64,000 nt of DNA, from assembly GCA_030648055.1 (NCBI GenBank), contig JAUSHI010000004.1, positions 12,836-76,835 of the forward strand, read 5' to 3'. Source of the DNA: a bacterium. Lineage in GTDB: Bacteria > Patescibacteriota > Minisyncoccia > Sungbacterales > SURF-37. The position numbers and the translations under genes are program-made. The first letter of the stretch is position 1, and each line of letters opens with the position of its first letter. Positions 44,576-56,427 of the stretch are shown here, one piece after another. The notes under the pieces were generated by a model. It saw nothing but the letters and a program-made list of their open reading frames with translations. It was not told the DNA's origin and searched no databases.

Positions 44576-44630
44576 AGTTCGACTTTACTGCCTTACACTT
44601 ATCTTTTAACGGTATAATTTAATTTTGTCA

Positions 44631-44641
44631 CCCCCCCCCCC
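44631..44641. repeat. C11/G11 homopolymer tract
   Basis: Eleven consecutive C on the plus strand, 45 nt downstream of the rpsP stop. Confidence 0.9.
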
Positions 44642-44685
44642 AGTCAGTAATCCGCCTGAGACGGATCACCACTGGGTCAAGAGAT

Positions 44686-45006
44686 TTATGCCGTGGCAAC
44701 GGCCGTTTTCTGTTTATTTGCTTCTACCACAACTTCAACTTTTGGTTTTTTAACCACATTGATCTTAGGCGCTGTTAGCACTTTGTTCGTAACAAGAAGG
44801 TTATGAACCCGCGGCGAAAGAGACGCCCCCTTGGAAATCCAGTATAGAATACGCTCTGATTTTAAGTGAGTCTCTTTGGTTTTTGGATAAAAAGAACCCA
44901 GAATTTCAAGTTCGCCCGATTTAGGTTTTGAGCGTTTTTCGGTAACAACGATGCGGAATGCCGGATCATTTGTTCTGCCGACGCGCTGGAAACGGATTAT
45001 TAGCAT
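44686..45006 (-). CDS. rpsP: 30S ribosomal protein S16 with a C-terminal extension
   Basis: MLIIRFQRVGRTNDPAFRIVV...ILGSFYP. ATG at 45006. Confidence 0.93.
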   Translation of the reverse strand: MLIIRFQRVGRTNDPAFRIVVTEKRSKPKSGELEILGSFYPKTKETHLKSERILYWISKGASLSPRVHNLLVTNKVLTAPKINVVKKPKVEVVVEANKQKTAVATA

Positions 45007-45071
45007 AAAATATGAAATATGAAGCATGAAGCATCGGACGTATAGTCGCGGAATGTTTCAAGTTTCATGTT

Positions 45072-48000
45072 TTAGGTTTTATTAAGGCCTGTACCTGCGG
45101 GAATTAACCGTCCGATAATAACATTCTCCTTCAATCCGCGCAAATGGTCGGCCTTGCCTTCAATTGCCGCGTTTATCAGCACTCGCGCGGTTTCCTGGAA
45201 TGAAGCGGCTGAGAGGTAGCTGTCGGTGGTCAAAGCGACACGCGTAATTCCGAGCAAAATCTGATACGCAGTAGCCGCACGTCCTCCGGCTTTTTCTGTT
45301 TTTTTATTCTCCCGATGAAATTGCAGTTTATCAACTGTTTCTCCGGAGGTAAAAGTAGTATCGCCACCGGTCCGAATTTTCACCCGTGAGAACATCTGAC
45401 GGACAATCACTTCAATGTGTTTGTCGTGAATCGGAGCGCCTTGCAGTGAATAAATTTTCTGCACTTCTTTAACGATATAACGCTGGGTCATCTCGCGTCC
45501 AGCCAGTTTAAATAGTTCTTTAAGGTCGGCGTGCCCCTCCGAAAGAAGATCGCCTTTGGAAATATGAGAGCCGGTTTCCACAAAAAGTCCTGTTGCCGGA
45601 GGAATCCTGAATTCTTTTGTTTCGTCTTCAATTATTTTTTTGCTTTTTTGTTTTTTTCGTTTTTTGGGCTCTTCCAATTCCGGTTCAATCCTAACCCTGA
45701 TTATTTTCTCGCGGTTTACGTCGGTAATTTCTTCAACAACTCCGTTTACATCCGAAATTACTGCCCGTCCCTTCGGCGGACGAACTTCAAAAATTTCTTC
45801 AACACGAGGAAGGCCGGTTGTAATATCCCCTCCGCCAGCAACACCTCCAGTGTGGAACGTACGCATGGTAAGCTGAGTTCCCGGCTCTCCGATTGATTGC
45901 GCGGCAACTACTCCAACCGCTTCACCAATTTTAATAGGTACATTCCTTCCTAAGTCAAGCCCATAACATTTTTGGCATATTCCGCGTAAATTCCGGCAAG
46001 TTATCGGAGATCTTACAATTATTTTTTCAACCCCGGATTCTTCAATTTTACGAGCCTTTGGCTTATCAATAAATTCACCTTTTTTTACAACGACCGTGCC
46101 ATCAACGCCTTTTGCGTCTTCACCCAAAAATCGCGAATATAACCGATGATGAAACGCGCGGCCTATCTCTTCGGAGTCAGCTTTATGAATCATAATGCCA
46201 CGGTCGCTTTTACAATCTTCTTCAACAATTGTGAGGTCTTGCGAAACATCAACCAAACGCCGCGTAAGGTATCCGGCAACCGCGGTTTTTAAAGCGGTGT
46301 CAGCCGTTCCTTTCCGCGCGCCGTGCGTTGAAATAAAATACTCAAGAACGTTCAGCCCTTCCTTGTAAGAAGAGAGCACCGGAAGTTCAAGAATTTTTCC
46401 AGCCGGGTTGATAACCAAACCCTTCATACCCGACATCTGCATAATAGCAAGCAATGTCCCACGGGCCTTTGAAGTAACCATCGTACTCACCGAACCCTTA
46501 GGGTCCAAAATCTTTGGAATTGCGGCTTTAACTTTATCCATGACCTCTCGCCAAATTTCAACAACACGGTCATAGCGTTCGCGTTCGGTTAGTAAGCCGC
46601 GCATAAATTGCTGGTCAAACTGACTAATAATCTGCTCGGCTTCCTTGATCCACCCGGCTTTTTCAGCAGGAATCTTAAGGTCATCCATGCCCCAGGAAAT
46701 TCCGGATTTTGTCGCGTAAGTAAAACCGAACGACTTTATATCATCAAGAATTTGGGCGGTGCGCGCGAAGCCGAACATCTGAATCATATCGCTCACCATT
46801 TCTTCCAAATCTTTTTTACCAAGCTCTTTGTTAATGTATGGATATTCCGAAGGCAAAACCCGGTTAAATAAAATTCTACCAACAGAAGTTTCCATCATTT
46901 CAGGTTTTGCTCCCTTAGTTGCCGGAATTCTTGTTTTAATTTTTGATTTCAAATCAATAATGTCAAACTCGTACCCCAAGACCGCGTCATTTTCATCCGA
47001 GAAAATTTTACCGGTTCCAATCGCGTCATCATCGTAAGCAGTTGCCCAAAAAACTCCGAGCACCATGTCTTTATCGGGCATTACGATTGGCTCGCCAGTC
47101 GCCGGCTTAAGTAGGTTTACGGTGGAGAGCATCAATTCTCTCGCCTCTTTCTGCGCTTCATCGGTAAGTGGCAGGTGTACGGCCATTTGGTCGCCGTCAA
47201 AATCGGCGTTGAACGGCGGGCAGACCATGGGGTGGACCTGAATGGCATGTCCTTCAATTAAAACCGGCTGAAACGCCTGAATGCCAAGGCGGTGAAGCGT
47301 GGGCGCGCGGTTTAAAAGCACATGACGGCCCTCTGCAATAACTTCTTCCAAAAGCGCCCATACTTCGGGGGGGCGTTCTTCAAGAAGCCGTCCGGCTCCG
47401 CGGATATTATGCGCGAGTTCCCTTTCAATAATTTTTCTCAAAACGAACGGCTTGAAAAGTTCAAGCGCCATTTCTTTCGGAAGTCCACACTGGTGCAGTT
47501 TAAGGTGCGGCCCGACAACAATAACCGAACGACCCGAATAGTCCACGCGCTTACCGAGAAGGTTCTGGCGAAATCTACCTTGCTTGCCCTTAAGCATATC
47601 AGCCAAAGACTTCAACGGTCTTCGCTGAGCCTGACTAGCAACGGGTGCTTGCCCCCTACGGATTGAATTATCAATTAAAGCATCTACGGCTTCCTGAAGC
47701 ATTCTTTTTTCATTTCTGGTGATAACTTCTGGAGCTTTCAACTCAAAAAGGCGCTTTAAGCGATTATTTCTATTTATCACCCTTCGGTAAAGATCGTTCA
47801 AATCTGAAGTCGCGTATCGTCCGCCATCCAAAGGAACAACAGGCCTTAGGTCTGGAGGAATTACCGGCAAATATGTAAGAAACATCCATTCCGGCCTGAT
47901 CTCGGCGCGAATCATTCCTTTAATTACTTTAAGTCGCTTTAGGATCTTTTTTTGCAAAGTAGGAATTGAGTTCCTTAATTCGCCTTCAAGCCGGCGCGTG

Positions 48001-48686
48001 AGCACTTCCAAATCCGTTGTTTCCATAATTTTCCTTATCGCCTCCGCTCCAATCTCCGCCTCAAACACATCTCCGTATTTTAAAGATAAACGGTGATATT
48101 CAACCTCCGAGAGGACCTTGAAAATAGAAAGTCCCCGCAGTTCGTCTTTTGCCTTTTCTTTCGCGATTTTTATTTTTTCCGCCTCAATTTTGGTTATATT
48201 TTGTATTTTTGTGCGAAATTCTTTTTCAACAGCCTCAAGCACGGATGTTTTTACGTCTTCATTAACCTTGGTCACGATATATCCGGCAAAATAAATTACA
48301 CGCTCAAGGTCGCTGATTGACATATCAAGCATCAGCCCAATCTTTGACGGTATTCCGCGTAAAAACCAAATATGGCTTACGGGTGAGGCAAGCTGAATAT
48401 GCCCAAGGCGCTCCCGCCGCACTATGGCGCGCGTAACTTCAACACCACACTTATCACAAACAATTCCTTTATAGCGGATCCGGCGGTATTTTCCACAATA
48501 ACATTCGTAATCCTTGGTGGGTCCAAAAATGCGTTCATCAAACAAGCCGTCTTTTTCAGGCTTTGCTGTCCGATAATTAATAGTTTCCGGCTTTGTTATT
48601 TCACCATGCGACCATGACAAAATATCTTCTGGCGAGGCGAGCCGCAAAATGATTGAAGAAAAGTCCTGAACTTTGTAATCTAACAT
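45072..48686 (-). CDS. rpoC: DNA-directed RNA polymerase subunit beta'
   Basis: Zinc-binding YECYCGKYRRIRYKGIVCDKCGVEV, catalytic NADFDGDQMAVH. Confidence 0.97.
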   Translation of the reverse strand: MLDYKVQDFSSIILRLASPEDILSWSHGEITKPETINYRTAKPEKDGLFDERIFGPTKDYECYCGKYRRIRYKGIVCDKCGVEVTRAIVRRERLGHIQLASPVSHIWFLRGIPSKIGLMLDMSISDLERVIYFAGYIVTKVNEDVKTSVLEAVEKEFRTKIQNITKIEAEKIKIAKEKAKDELRGLSIFKVLSEVEYHRLSLKYGDVFEAEIGAEAIRKIMETTDLEVLTRRLEGELRNSIPTLQKKILKRLKVIKGMIRAEIRPEWMFLTYLPVIPPDLRPVVPLDGGRYATSDLNDLYRRVINRNNRLKRLFELKAPEVITRNEKRMLQEAVDALIDNSIRRGQAPVASQAQRRPLKSLADMLKGKQGRFRQNLLGKRVDYSGRSVIVVGPHLKLHQCGLPKEMALELFKPFVLRKIIERELAHNIRGAGRLLEERPPEVWALLEEVIAEGRHVLLNRAPTLHRLGIQAFQPVLIEGHAIQVHPMVCPPFNADFDGDQMAVHLPLTDEAQKEARELMLSTVNLLKPATGEPIVMPDKDMVLGVFWATAYDDDAIGTGKIFSDENDAVLGYEFDIIDLKSKIKTRIPATKGAKPEMMETSVGRILFNRVLPSEYPYINKELGKKDLEEMVSDMIQMFGFARTAQILDDIKSFGFTYATKSGISWGMDDLKIPAEKAGWIKEAEQIISQFDQQFMRGLLTERERYDRVVEIWREVMDKVKAAIPKILDPKGSVSTMVTSKARGTLLAIMQMSGMKGLVINPAGKILELPVLSSYKEGLNVLEYFISTHGARKGTADTALKTAVAGYLTRRLVDVSQDLTIVEEDCKSDRGIMIHKADSEEIGRAFHHRLYSRFLGEDAKGVDGTVVVKKGEFIDKPKARKIEESGVEKIIVRSPITCRNLRGICQKCYGLDLGRNVPIKIGEAVGVVAAQSIGEPGTQLTMRTFHTGGVAGGGDITTGLPRVEEIFEVRPPKGRAVISDVNGVVEEITDVNREKIIRVRIEPELEEPKKRKKQKSKKIIEDETKEFRIPPATGLFVETGSHISKGDLLSEGHADLKELFKLAGREMTQRYIVKEVQKIYSLQGAPIHDKHIEVIVRQMFSRVKIRTGGDTTFTSGETVDKLQFHRENKKTEKAGGRAATAYQILLGITRVALTTDSYLSAASFQETARVLINAAIEGKADHLRGLKENVIIGRLIPAGTGLNKT

Positions 48687-48699
48687 ATTTTTCTAAATT

Positions 48700-51600
48700 T
48701 TAAGCCCGCACGCGGCGTTTGACCGCGCCAGTTGCTCTGCTTTTTTCTTTTGTATCTATACCACTTTCTTCGTGTGCCGGAATTTCAGCGACTCCGCCAG
48801 AAAGCGTGACATTCAACGAAAGACCTTTGAGTTCATTTACAAGAACATTGAATGAAGCTGGAATATTTGGCTTCTTAATTTTTTCCCCCGAAATTATAGA
48901 TTCATAAGTGGATGCCCGGCCCTGAACATCGTCCGATTTAATAGTCAACATTTCCTGTAAAGTGTGCGCGGCGCCATAGCCCTCCAACGCCCATACTTCC
49001 ATTTCACCAAAACGCTGACCGCCGAATTGCGCTTTTCCACCAAGTGGCTGCTGGGTTATAAGAGAATACGGCCCAATGGAGCGCATGTGGATTTTATCTT
49101 CAACCAAATGGTTCAGCTTCATAATATACGCGACACCAACAGTCACTTTCTGTTTGAATTTTTCTCCGCTTAAACCGTCATAAATAGCCACTTTGCCGTT
49201 TTCGGCAAGCCCAGCTTTTTTTAGCTCGCCTCTTATTTCATCTTCCAAAACACCCGATAAGGAAGGTGTGATGGCCTGATACCCGAGAAGTTTTGCCGCC
49301 ATACCAAGATGCGTTTCAAGAATCTGGCCAAGGTTCATTCTTGAAGCAACGCCTAACGGGTTCAAAATAATATCAACTGGCCGGCCGTCAGCAAGATACG
49401 GCATGTCTTCCTGTGGAAGAATTTTTGAGATAACACCCTTATTGCCATGACGCCCGGCTAATTTATCGCCGACAGCAATTTTACGGAGTTGCGCGACCTC
49501 AACCTGTATTTTTTTAATAACTCCGGAATCAAGCTTATCGCCTTTGTCTCTGGAAAAAACTTTTATCCCGACAACTCGTCCTCGTTTTCCATGGGGCAAA
49601 GTAAGCGAAGTGTCTTTAACGTCGCGGGCTTTTTCACCAAAAATAGCCCTTAATAAACGCTCTTCGGGGGTTAATTCGGTTTCACCTTTAGGTGAAATTT
49701 TTCCCACAAGAATATCGCCGGAATGGACTTCCGCGCCAATCCGAATAATACCGTCTTCATCCAGGTTTTTAAGTTTTTCTTCGCTGACATTAGGAATGTC
49801 GTATGAAGTTTCTTCAGGACCCAATTTCGTATCCCGCACGTCAATAGAGTGGTCTTCAATATGAATTGAAGTAAAGGTGTCATCTTTAATTAAACGCTCG
49901 GATACAATAATAGCGTCCTCATAATTTGATCCGTGCCAGGAAAGAAAAGCCACGACAAGATTTTTACCGAGCGCAAGCTGTCCATTGTCAATTGAAGAGC
50001 TATCAGCGAGAACTTGACTTTTTTTAACTATTTGTCCGCGTTCAACTATTGGGCGCTGGCGTATGGCGGTAAAAGCGTTCGTGCGAAGAAACGAATTAAG
50101 CAGGTAAGAATATTCTTTGCCCTTTTTTGATTTAAGTATAATTTCTTGAGAATCAACCTTTTGAATTAACCCGTCATCGTCCGCGAGTACAACTCTTCCG
50201 GAATCGTGAGCCGCGCGTTCTTCGCGGCCGGTTGCCACAAGCGGGGCTTCCGCACGAACGCAGGGCACGGCCTGTCTCTGCATGTTTGAACCCATCATCG
50301 CGCGATTAGCGTCGTCATTTTCCAAAAACGGAATTAAGCTGGTTGCCACCGAAATTGACTGTTGCGGAGAAATATCTATATAATCGCTTTTTTCGCGTTC
50401 AATAACTCCAGGGTTTCCATGAAGCCGCGCTTCTATTTTTTCATCAAGAATTTTTCCATCAGCGTCAAAACGAATACCTGCGTGGGCAATATTAAACTTG
50501 GCTTCAGCCGAAGCATCAAGATATTCAACATCCTTTGTAATACGCCCGCTCTTAACCTTTATGTAAGGAGTTTCAATAAGACCAAGCTCGTTAACCCGGG
50601 CGTATCCCGCCATGTGTCCCACAAGACCAATGTTTTGGCCTTCAGGGGTTTGAATCGGGCAAATTCTTCCATAGTGGGAAGGATGCACGTCACGAACCTC
50701 AAATCCGGCGCGCTCGCGGGTAAGGCCTCCGGGACCCATGGCGGAAAGCCGGCGCTTATGCTCAAGCTCCGCTAAAGGATTTATCTGGTCCATGAACTGC
50801 GAAAGCTGGGAAGATGTAAAAAACTCCTTTACTGAAGCCATAAACGGGCGCGCGTTAATCAACTGGGCCGGAGTCAGGGTGTAGATATCAAGAGTAGACA
50901 TGCGGTCGCGGATAATGCGTATCATCCGCGTAATACCTATCCTCAATTTATTTTGCAAAAGCTCCCCCACCCCGCGGACACGCCTGTTTCCCAGGTGGTC
51001 AATATCATCCGCTGGCGCGTCCCCAAGATTATTCAAATGTATAATTTCAGCAAGAACCTTTTTTATGTCTTCCGCGTTTAAAATGCGATCCTCCTCTTTA
51101 GCCGGATTTTTTTTCATTCCAAGGCGCTGATTAAATTTAAACCGGCCAACCGGAGCAAGATCGTAACGATCAAAACTGAACATCGCCTGAATTAAAGACC
51201 TGGCATTATCAACCGCCGCTAGCTCACCCGGACGAATTCTTTTATAAATTTCTATATATGCTTCGTCTTTGGCTTTAGTCGGGTCGCGATCTAAAGTCCG
51301 CTTAATATAGGAAATTTCTCCGTTATCAATATCCGAAAAGGCGGAAATCATTTCATCGTTTGATTCCACGCCAAAAATCCGCAAAATGGCGGATGCGGCA
51401 ATTTTACGCTTACGATCTATGCGGACATGTATGGAGCCATCAAGTTCGGTCTCAAACTCAAGCCATGCCCCCCTGTTAGGAATAATTTTTGCGCCAAAAT
51501 ATTTTTTGCCCCTGACAACATTCGCAGTAAAATAAACACCGGAAGATCTTATAAGTTGCGAAACGATTACCCTCTCAACGCCGTTTACTATAAAAGTTCC

Positions 51601-51936
51601 ACGTGGAGTCATTATGGGAAAATCCCCTAAATAAATTTCCTGTTCTTTTATCTCACCCGTGCGTTTGTTGATAAGCCGTGTTTTTACGCGAAGCGGGGCT
51701 TCAAATGAAAGATTGTGCTCTTTGGCGTAAATTTCGTTGAATTTCGGCTCATCAAAATAATAATCCTTAAACTCAATAGAAAGCTCTTTGGCGGTATCGT
51801 GAATGGCGGAAATTTCATTAAATAATTCCCGAAGACCGTGGCTGATAAAATGGTCATATGAATCAAGCTGAATCTCGGCGAGATTCGGTAAGTCCATGAT
51901 GGGTGACTTATATCTTGAAAAATATTTTTTTTGCAT
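48700..51936 (-). CDS. rpoB: DNA-directed RNA polymerase subunit beta
   Basis: ...[18 protein letters not shown]..., ...NMQRQAVP..., ...GRHGNKGV... conserved blocks. Confidence 0.97.
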   Translation of the reverse strand: MQKKYFSRYKSPIMDLPNLAEIQLDSYDHFISHGLRELFNEISAIHDTAKELSIEFKDYYFDEPKFNEIYAKEHNLSFEAPLRVKTRLINKRTGEIKEQEIYLGDFPIMTPRGTFIVNGVERVIVSQLIRSSGVYFTANVVRGKKYFGAKIIPNRGAWLEFETELDGSIHVRIDRKRKIAASAILRIFGVESNDEMISAFSDIDNGEISYIKRTLDRDPTKAKDEAYIEIYKRIRPGELAAVDNARSLIQAMFSFDRYDLAPVGRFKFNQRLGMKKNPAKEEDRILNAEDIKKVLAEIIHLNNLGDAPADDIDHLGNRRVRGVGELLQNKLRIGITRMIRIIRDRMSTLDIYTLTPAQLINARPFMASVKEFFTSSQLSQFMDQINPLAELEHKRRLSAMGPGGLTRERAGFEVRDVHPSHYGRICPIQTPEGQNIGLVGHMAGYARVNELGLIETPYIKVKSGRITKDVEYLDASAEAKFNIAHAGIRFDADGKILDEKIEARLHGNPGVIEREKSDYIDISPQQSISVATSLIPFLENDDANRAMMGSNMQRQAVPCVRAEAPLVATGREERAAHDSGRVVLADDDGLIQKVDSQEIILKSKKGKEYSYLLNSFLRTNAFTAIRQRPIVERGQIVKKSQVLADSSSIDNGQLALGKNLVVAFLSWHGSNYEDAIIVSERLIKDDTFTSIHIEDHSIDVRDTKLGPEETSYDIPNVSEEKLKNLDEDGIIRIGAEVHSGDILVGKISPKGETELTPEERLLRAIFGEKARDVKDTSLTLPHGKRGRVVGIKVFSRDKGDKLDSGVIKKIQVEVAQLRKIAVGDKLAGRHGNKGVISKILPQEDMPYLADGRPVDIILNPLGVASRMNLGQILETHLGMAAKLLGYQAITPSLSGVLEDEIRGELKKAGLAENGKVAIYDGLSGEKFKQKVTVGVAYIMKLNHLVEDKIHMRSIGPYSLITQQPLGGKAQFGGQRFGEMEVWALEGYGAAHTLQEMLTIKSDDVQGRASTYESIISGEKIKKPNIPASFNVLVNELKGLSLNVTLSGGVAEIPAHEESGIDTKEKSRATGAVKRRVRA

Positions 51937-51982
51937 TAAGTTTAAAACCGATTTGACTTAATTAAAAAAGCGGCTAAAAAAA

Positions 51983-52018
51983 TTATCCACAACACTCATG
52001 CATGCACCCTGTGGATAA
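51983..52018 (-). promoter_or_regulatory. hairpin formed by two inverted perfect DnaA-box 9-mers, followed by a U run, about 45 nt upstream of the rpoB start
   Basis: TTATCCACA (51983..51991) and TGTGGATAA (52010..52018). On the minus strand the hairpin is followed by TTTTTTAGCCGCTTTTTT. Confidence 0.45.
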
Positions 52019-52214
52019 CTAAATTGGACAATAAAGAAAAAGACACCCTAAACAGCCCTTTTATTAGGGGTTATCGTTATTTTGCGATATTTATTCCAAT
52101 ACCTGAATCAATGCAATGTCTCGCAAATGATTATAAAATCTAACTTTTAAGCCATTCCGCTTAATGCGGAAAGCCCTCCTTTTTCCCGGGTGAACCCGGA
52201 AACGAATTACTACA

Positions 52215-52243
52215 ATTATACTCCCCCCGCCGAAAAGAGTCAA
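52215..52243 (-). promoter_or_regulatory. consensus sigma70 promoter TTGACT-17 nt-TATAAT for rpoBC
   Basis: Read on the minus strand: -35 at 52243..52238 and -10 at 52220..52215. Implies a 5' UTR of about 270 nt. Confidence 0.65.
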
Positions 52244-52501
52244 GCCCCCAAGGTAATGTGTAAGCACATTACCTAACAACCTTGACCAAAAAGAGGGTGC
52301 CGTGTGGAAGTTCTTCAGCCTTCTTATCTACTTATCGGGCGTATTGTTTTGTTCCATCTTTTTAAAATCTTTATTTCTAGTCAATTTCAGCCGATAGAAA
52401 ATTTTTGACTAACACAAGAATATGAAAAAAACAAAAAAATAAAGAGAACGGGGGGTATCGGTATTACAGACACCTCTGTTATCTTAACAGCGATCAAAAC
52501 C

Positions 52502-52528
52502 AAAAACCAGGCCTTACGCCTGGTTTTT
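52502..52528 (-). terminator. rho-independent terminator of groEL
   Basis: AAAAACCAGGC-CTTAC-GCCTGGTTTTT. Confidence 0.8.
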
Positions 52529-52548
52529 GATACAAAATCAAGAAAATG

Positions 52549-54189
<1,641 letters not shown>

Positions 54190-54210
54190 CTAAATTTTAA
54201 CATGTTAAGC

Positions 54211-54474
54211 GAATAAAATTTAGTTACAATCACGAGCATCCCTCTCCAATTTTGCCAACTAACTTAGAAAATGCTCTTAGAGAAATACTCATGTGTAACT
54301 CTTGCGAAGCGCGTGTGGTAAAAAGCGTTTAAATAGCTTTTCACGGGTTTTGCGAGGAAGCGAGCGTAGCTCGCTCCCGCAACAGTAAACCCTGTGAAAT
54401 AGCACATCATGTAGGTACCTGCAGGCAGGAAGTGCTTCACCATGACATATTCCACAAAATTTGCGGGGGGATGC
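54211..54474. repeat. possible degenerate, enlarged relative of the MITE-like family in the groES-groEL spacer
   Basis: The left end ATAAAATTTAGTTACAATCACGAGCATCCCTCTCC resembles copy B's left flank ATAAATTTAGCTACAACATTGAGCACCCAGCCCTCT. An internal long imperfect hairpin spans 54341..54398. Confidence 0.3.
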
Positions 54475-54485
54475 CATACATTAAT

Positions 54486-54785
54486 CTATTCAACTACCGC
54501 GAGAATGTCTTCCTCCCGCGCAATTAAATATTCTTTATCCTCGACCTTAAATTCAGTTGGCCCGTATTTTGTAAAAAGAACCACATCCCCTTTTTTTAGT
54601 GGTAGAGGAAGCCGCACGCCCGAATCCAAGAGCTTGCCCTCACCCACCGCAACCACCCGGCCCTTCATCGGCCTTTCTTTTTCGGCGGTTTCCGGCAGAT
54701 AAATGCCAGTTTTTGTCTTTGCGCCCCCGTCGGAAATCGGTTCAATTAAAACCCTGTCCCCTAGAGGTCTGATATTTGCTTTCAT
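54486..54785 (-). CDS. groS: co-chaperonin GroES
   Basis: IRPLGDRVLI...GEGKLLDSG...GDVVLFTKYGPTE. Confidence 0.95.
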   Translation of the reverse strand: MKANIRPLGDRVLIEPISDGGAKTKTGIYLPETAEKERPMKGRVVAVGEGKLLDSGVRLPLPLKKGDVVLFTKYGPTEFKVEDKEYLIAREEDILAVVE

Positions 54786-54817
54786 ATATTAACTTTGGGC
54801 TTATAGCTTATTATTGT

Positions 54818-54844
54818 TTAGCAATCCGACTCATAGACTGCTAA
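54818..54844. promoter_or_regulatory. CIRCE (HrcA operator) element
   Basis: TTAGCAATC-N9-GACTGCTAA compared with consensus TTAGCACTC-N9-GAGTGCTAA. Lies between the promoter and the groES start. Confidence 0.8.
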
Positions 54845-54847
54845 TTC

Positions 54848-54875
54848 ATTCTATTGATACTGAAGACTGTGTCAA
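54848..54875 (-). promoter_or_regulatory. groES promoter TTGACA-16 nt-TAGAAT
   Basis: Read on the minus strand, immediately upstream of CIRCE. Confidence 0.65.
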
Positions 54876-54893
54876 GAGGTTTTAAAAAACACC

Positions 54894-55406
54894 CTATTGA
54901 GGGGTGTCTTTGGCAACTACCTGCGAAACGGCAATACCACGTGAATTTAGAAAATCTGTTAAAAGCGATTTAAGGCGCGGAGGACAATAACGACTTTTGA
55001 AAATAGTCCGGTAGGCGCTGGCAATCCTCTTAAGCTTTTTCCGTATCTGAACATCAGAAGTCCGGCGCGTCACAACCAACAGCGGAATATAACGATGATA
55101 CTGCCGCCGGCTATAAGGCTTTTTTGTTTTTAAAAGTTCGGTTTCAGATAATACGCGATAGTAAGTGCGTCTCTTTTTTTTCCCGGATGTTACTTGAAGG
55201 ACCCAAACCGCGAACCTCGGTTGCAACTGCCCAAAAATATGGTCAATGCCCTCCGCGTCTATTTTTTGCGGCGAGCGAAACCAAAAGTTAAATACTCCTT
55301 CTTTAGTTAATTCCGCAAGAGCTCCGTCCACGCGCTTTTCTGCGATTGAACCGTAATTCTTCTGTTGTTCATTAAGCCCAAAGGCAAATTTTCGCTTTTT
55401 GCCCAC
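54894..55406 (-). CDS. basic hypothetical protein (170 aa)
   Basis: GTG start preceded by SD GAGGAG. No confident motif, though a D...(Q/E)VxS..K nuclease-like pattern is possible. Confidence 0.55.
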   Translation of the reverse strand: MGKKRKFAFGLNEQQKNYGSIAEKRVDGALAELTKEGVFNFWFRSPQKIDAEGIDHIFGQLQPRFAVWVLQVTSGKKKRRTYYRVLSETELLKTKKPYSRRQYHRYIPLLVVTRRTSDVQIRKKLKRIASAYRTIFKSRYCPPRLKSLLTDFLNSRGIAVSQVVAKDTPQ

Positions 55407-55540
55407 AAAACTACTCCTCTCTGGAAATCAATTTATAAAGAACAATCATTATGAAGATACTCCATGGGAGCTATTTATTGCAAGACGGCGGATTTTTTGC
55501 TTAAGTATCTGTAACGCTCTTTTAAAAACGGAGGGACATA

Positions 55541-56413
55541 ATGGACGACAAAAGCAATCTAACCAATTATGTTACGGATTTTGATAAAAGCGTTCGCGGT
55601 CGGCTTTGTTGGTTCATCACCCAGCCTATTTGGTGGCTTATTTTTCCGATACGATGGAGCATGGCATGGCTGATGGGAATAAGCGCGGGTTTTGTGTTAG
55701 GGCATGAACGCGGGCAAAAAGCGCGAAGGCACATTTATCAAAAAATCCTTACACCCGCGAACTTCATCACTACTTGCCGTTTTTGGCTTCTACTCAACGC
55801 GATACTTCTTTTCTTTTCCGGCTCTCAACCAGCGCATCAGGCGATAATCCTTGCTGTAGCCATTGCCACTGATTTTTTTGACGGACCAGCCGCGAGAACC
55901 AATAATGAAGTCACCGCACTTGGCACTTACATGGATCATATCGGCGACTGGGGAGTGGTTCTTTGGGTTATTTTTCTTTCTTTTTGGTATGAAACCGTAT
56001 CACAAATCTCCCTTATCGCCACACTTGTTGTCATTGGAATTGTTTTTTTAACAACTATCACGAAATACAGAAAATTCCGTGACCCGAAAGGCTCCGCAAG
56101 CGTGAATATTTCAGCGTTCGCAGAAGAAGAACTGCAGCCAAACGGCTGGGGACGGATCCAGTTCGTCTGTCTTATTGTCGCTCTTTTTGAAGGATTGTTT
56201 TATGCCTCTTCCTTAGATCCTTTTGCATTTCTTAACATAAATAAATTGGGTTTCTTGGTACCGGCCGCGCGCCAACAAACTGCGCGAATTGAGATTGCGT
56301 TCATACTATATTTTATTCTGGGAGGTTATAGTATCGGAGACGCGCTTGACTACTCTGAAGCAAAAATTAAAAAGTTCCGCGAAAAATTAAAGAAAATTAA
56401 AAACGGCTCGTAA
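55541..56413 (+). CDS. CDP-alcohol phosphatidyltransferase family protein
   Basis: DFFDGPAARTNNEVTALGTYMDHIGD fits DG(x2)AR(x8)G(x3)D(x3)D. Polytopic; SD GGAGGG. Confidence 0.8.
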   Translation: MDDKSNLTNYVTDFDKSVRGRLCWFITQPIWWLIFPIRWSMAWLMGISAGFVLGHERGQKARRHIYQKILTPANFITTCRFWLLLNAILLFFSGSQPAHQAIILAVAIATDFFDGPAARTNNEVTALGTYMDHIGDWGVVLWVIFLSFWYETVSQISLIATLVVIGIVFLTTITKYRKFRDPKGSASVNISAFAEEELQPNGWGRIQFVCLIVALFEGLFYASSLDPFAFLNINKLGFLVPAARQQTARIEIAFILYFILGGYSIGDALDYSEAKIKKFREKLKKIKNGS

Positions 56414-56427
56414 GAGCCGGTTTTTTT
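56404..56427. terminator. bidirectional hairpin between the convergent transferase genes
   Basis: CGGCTC-GTAA-GAGCCG followed by a T7 run. Confidence 0.7.

Noticed and set aside
45531-51866. Numerous 60-137-aa ORFs on both strands within rpoC and rpoB.
   Set aside because: They are fully nested in long, strongly conserved genes and have low-complexity translations. They are antisense or off-frame artefacts.
51983-52018. Two perfect DnaA boxes as a possible replication origin.
   Set aside because: There are only two boxes. No dnaA or dnaN is nearby and no AT-rich unwinding repeats were recognised. An attenuator or regulatory role is more plausible.
52091-52279. 62-aa minus-strand ORF in the rpoB leader.
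   Set aside because: It spans the consensus promoter itself and has no SD, so it is more likely UTR or promoter sequence.
54264-54477. Two overlapping 62-63-aa minus-strand ORFs in the groES-groEL spacer.
   Set aside because: They are mutually exclusive frames with no SD. Their Cys/Arg-rich, low-complexity translations coincide with the hairpin-rich repeat region.
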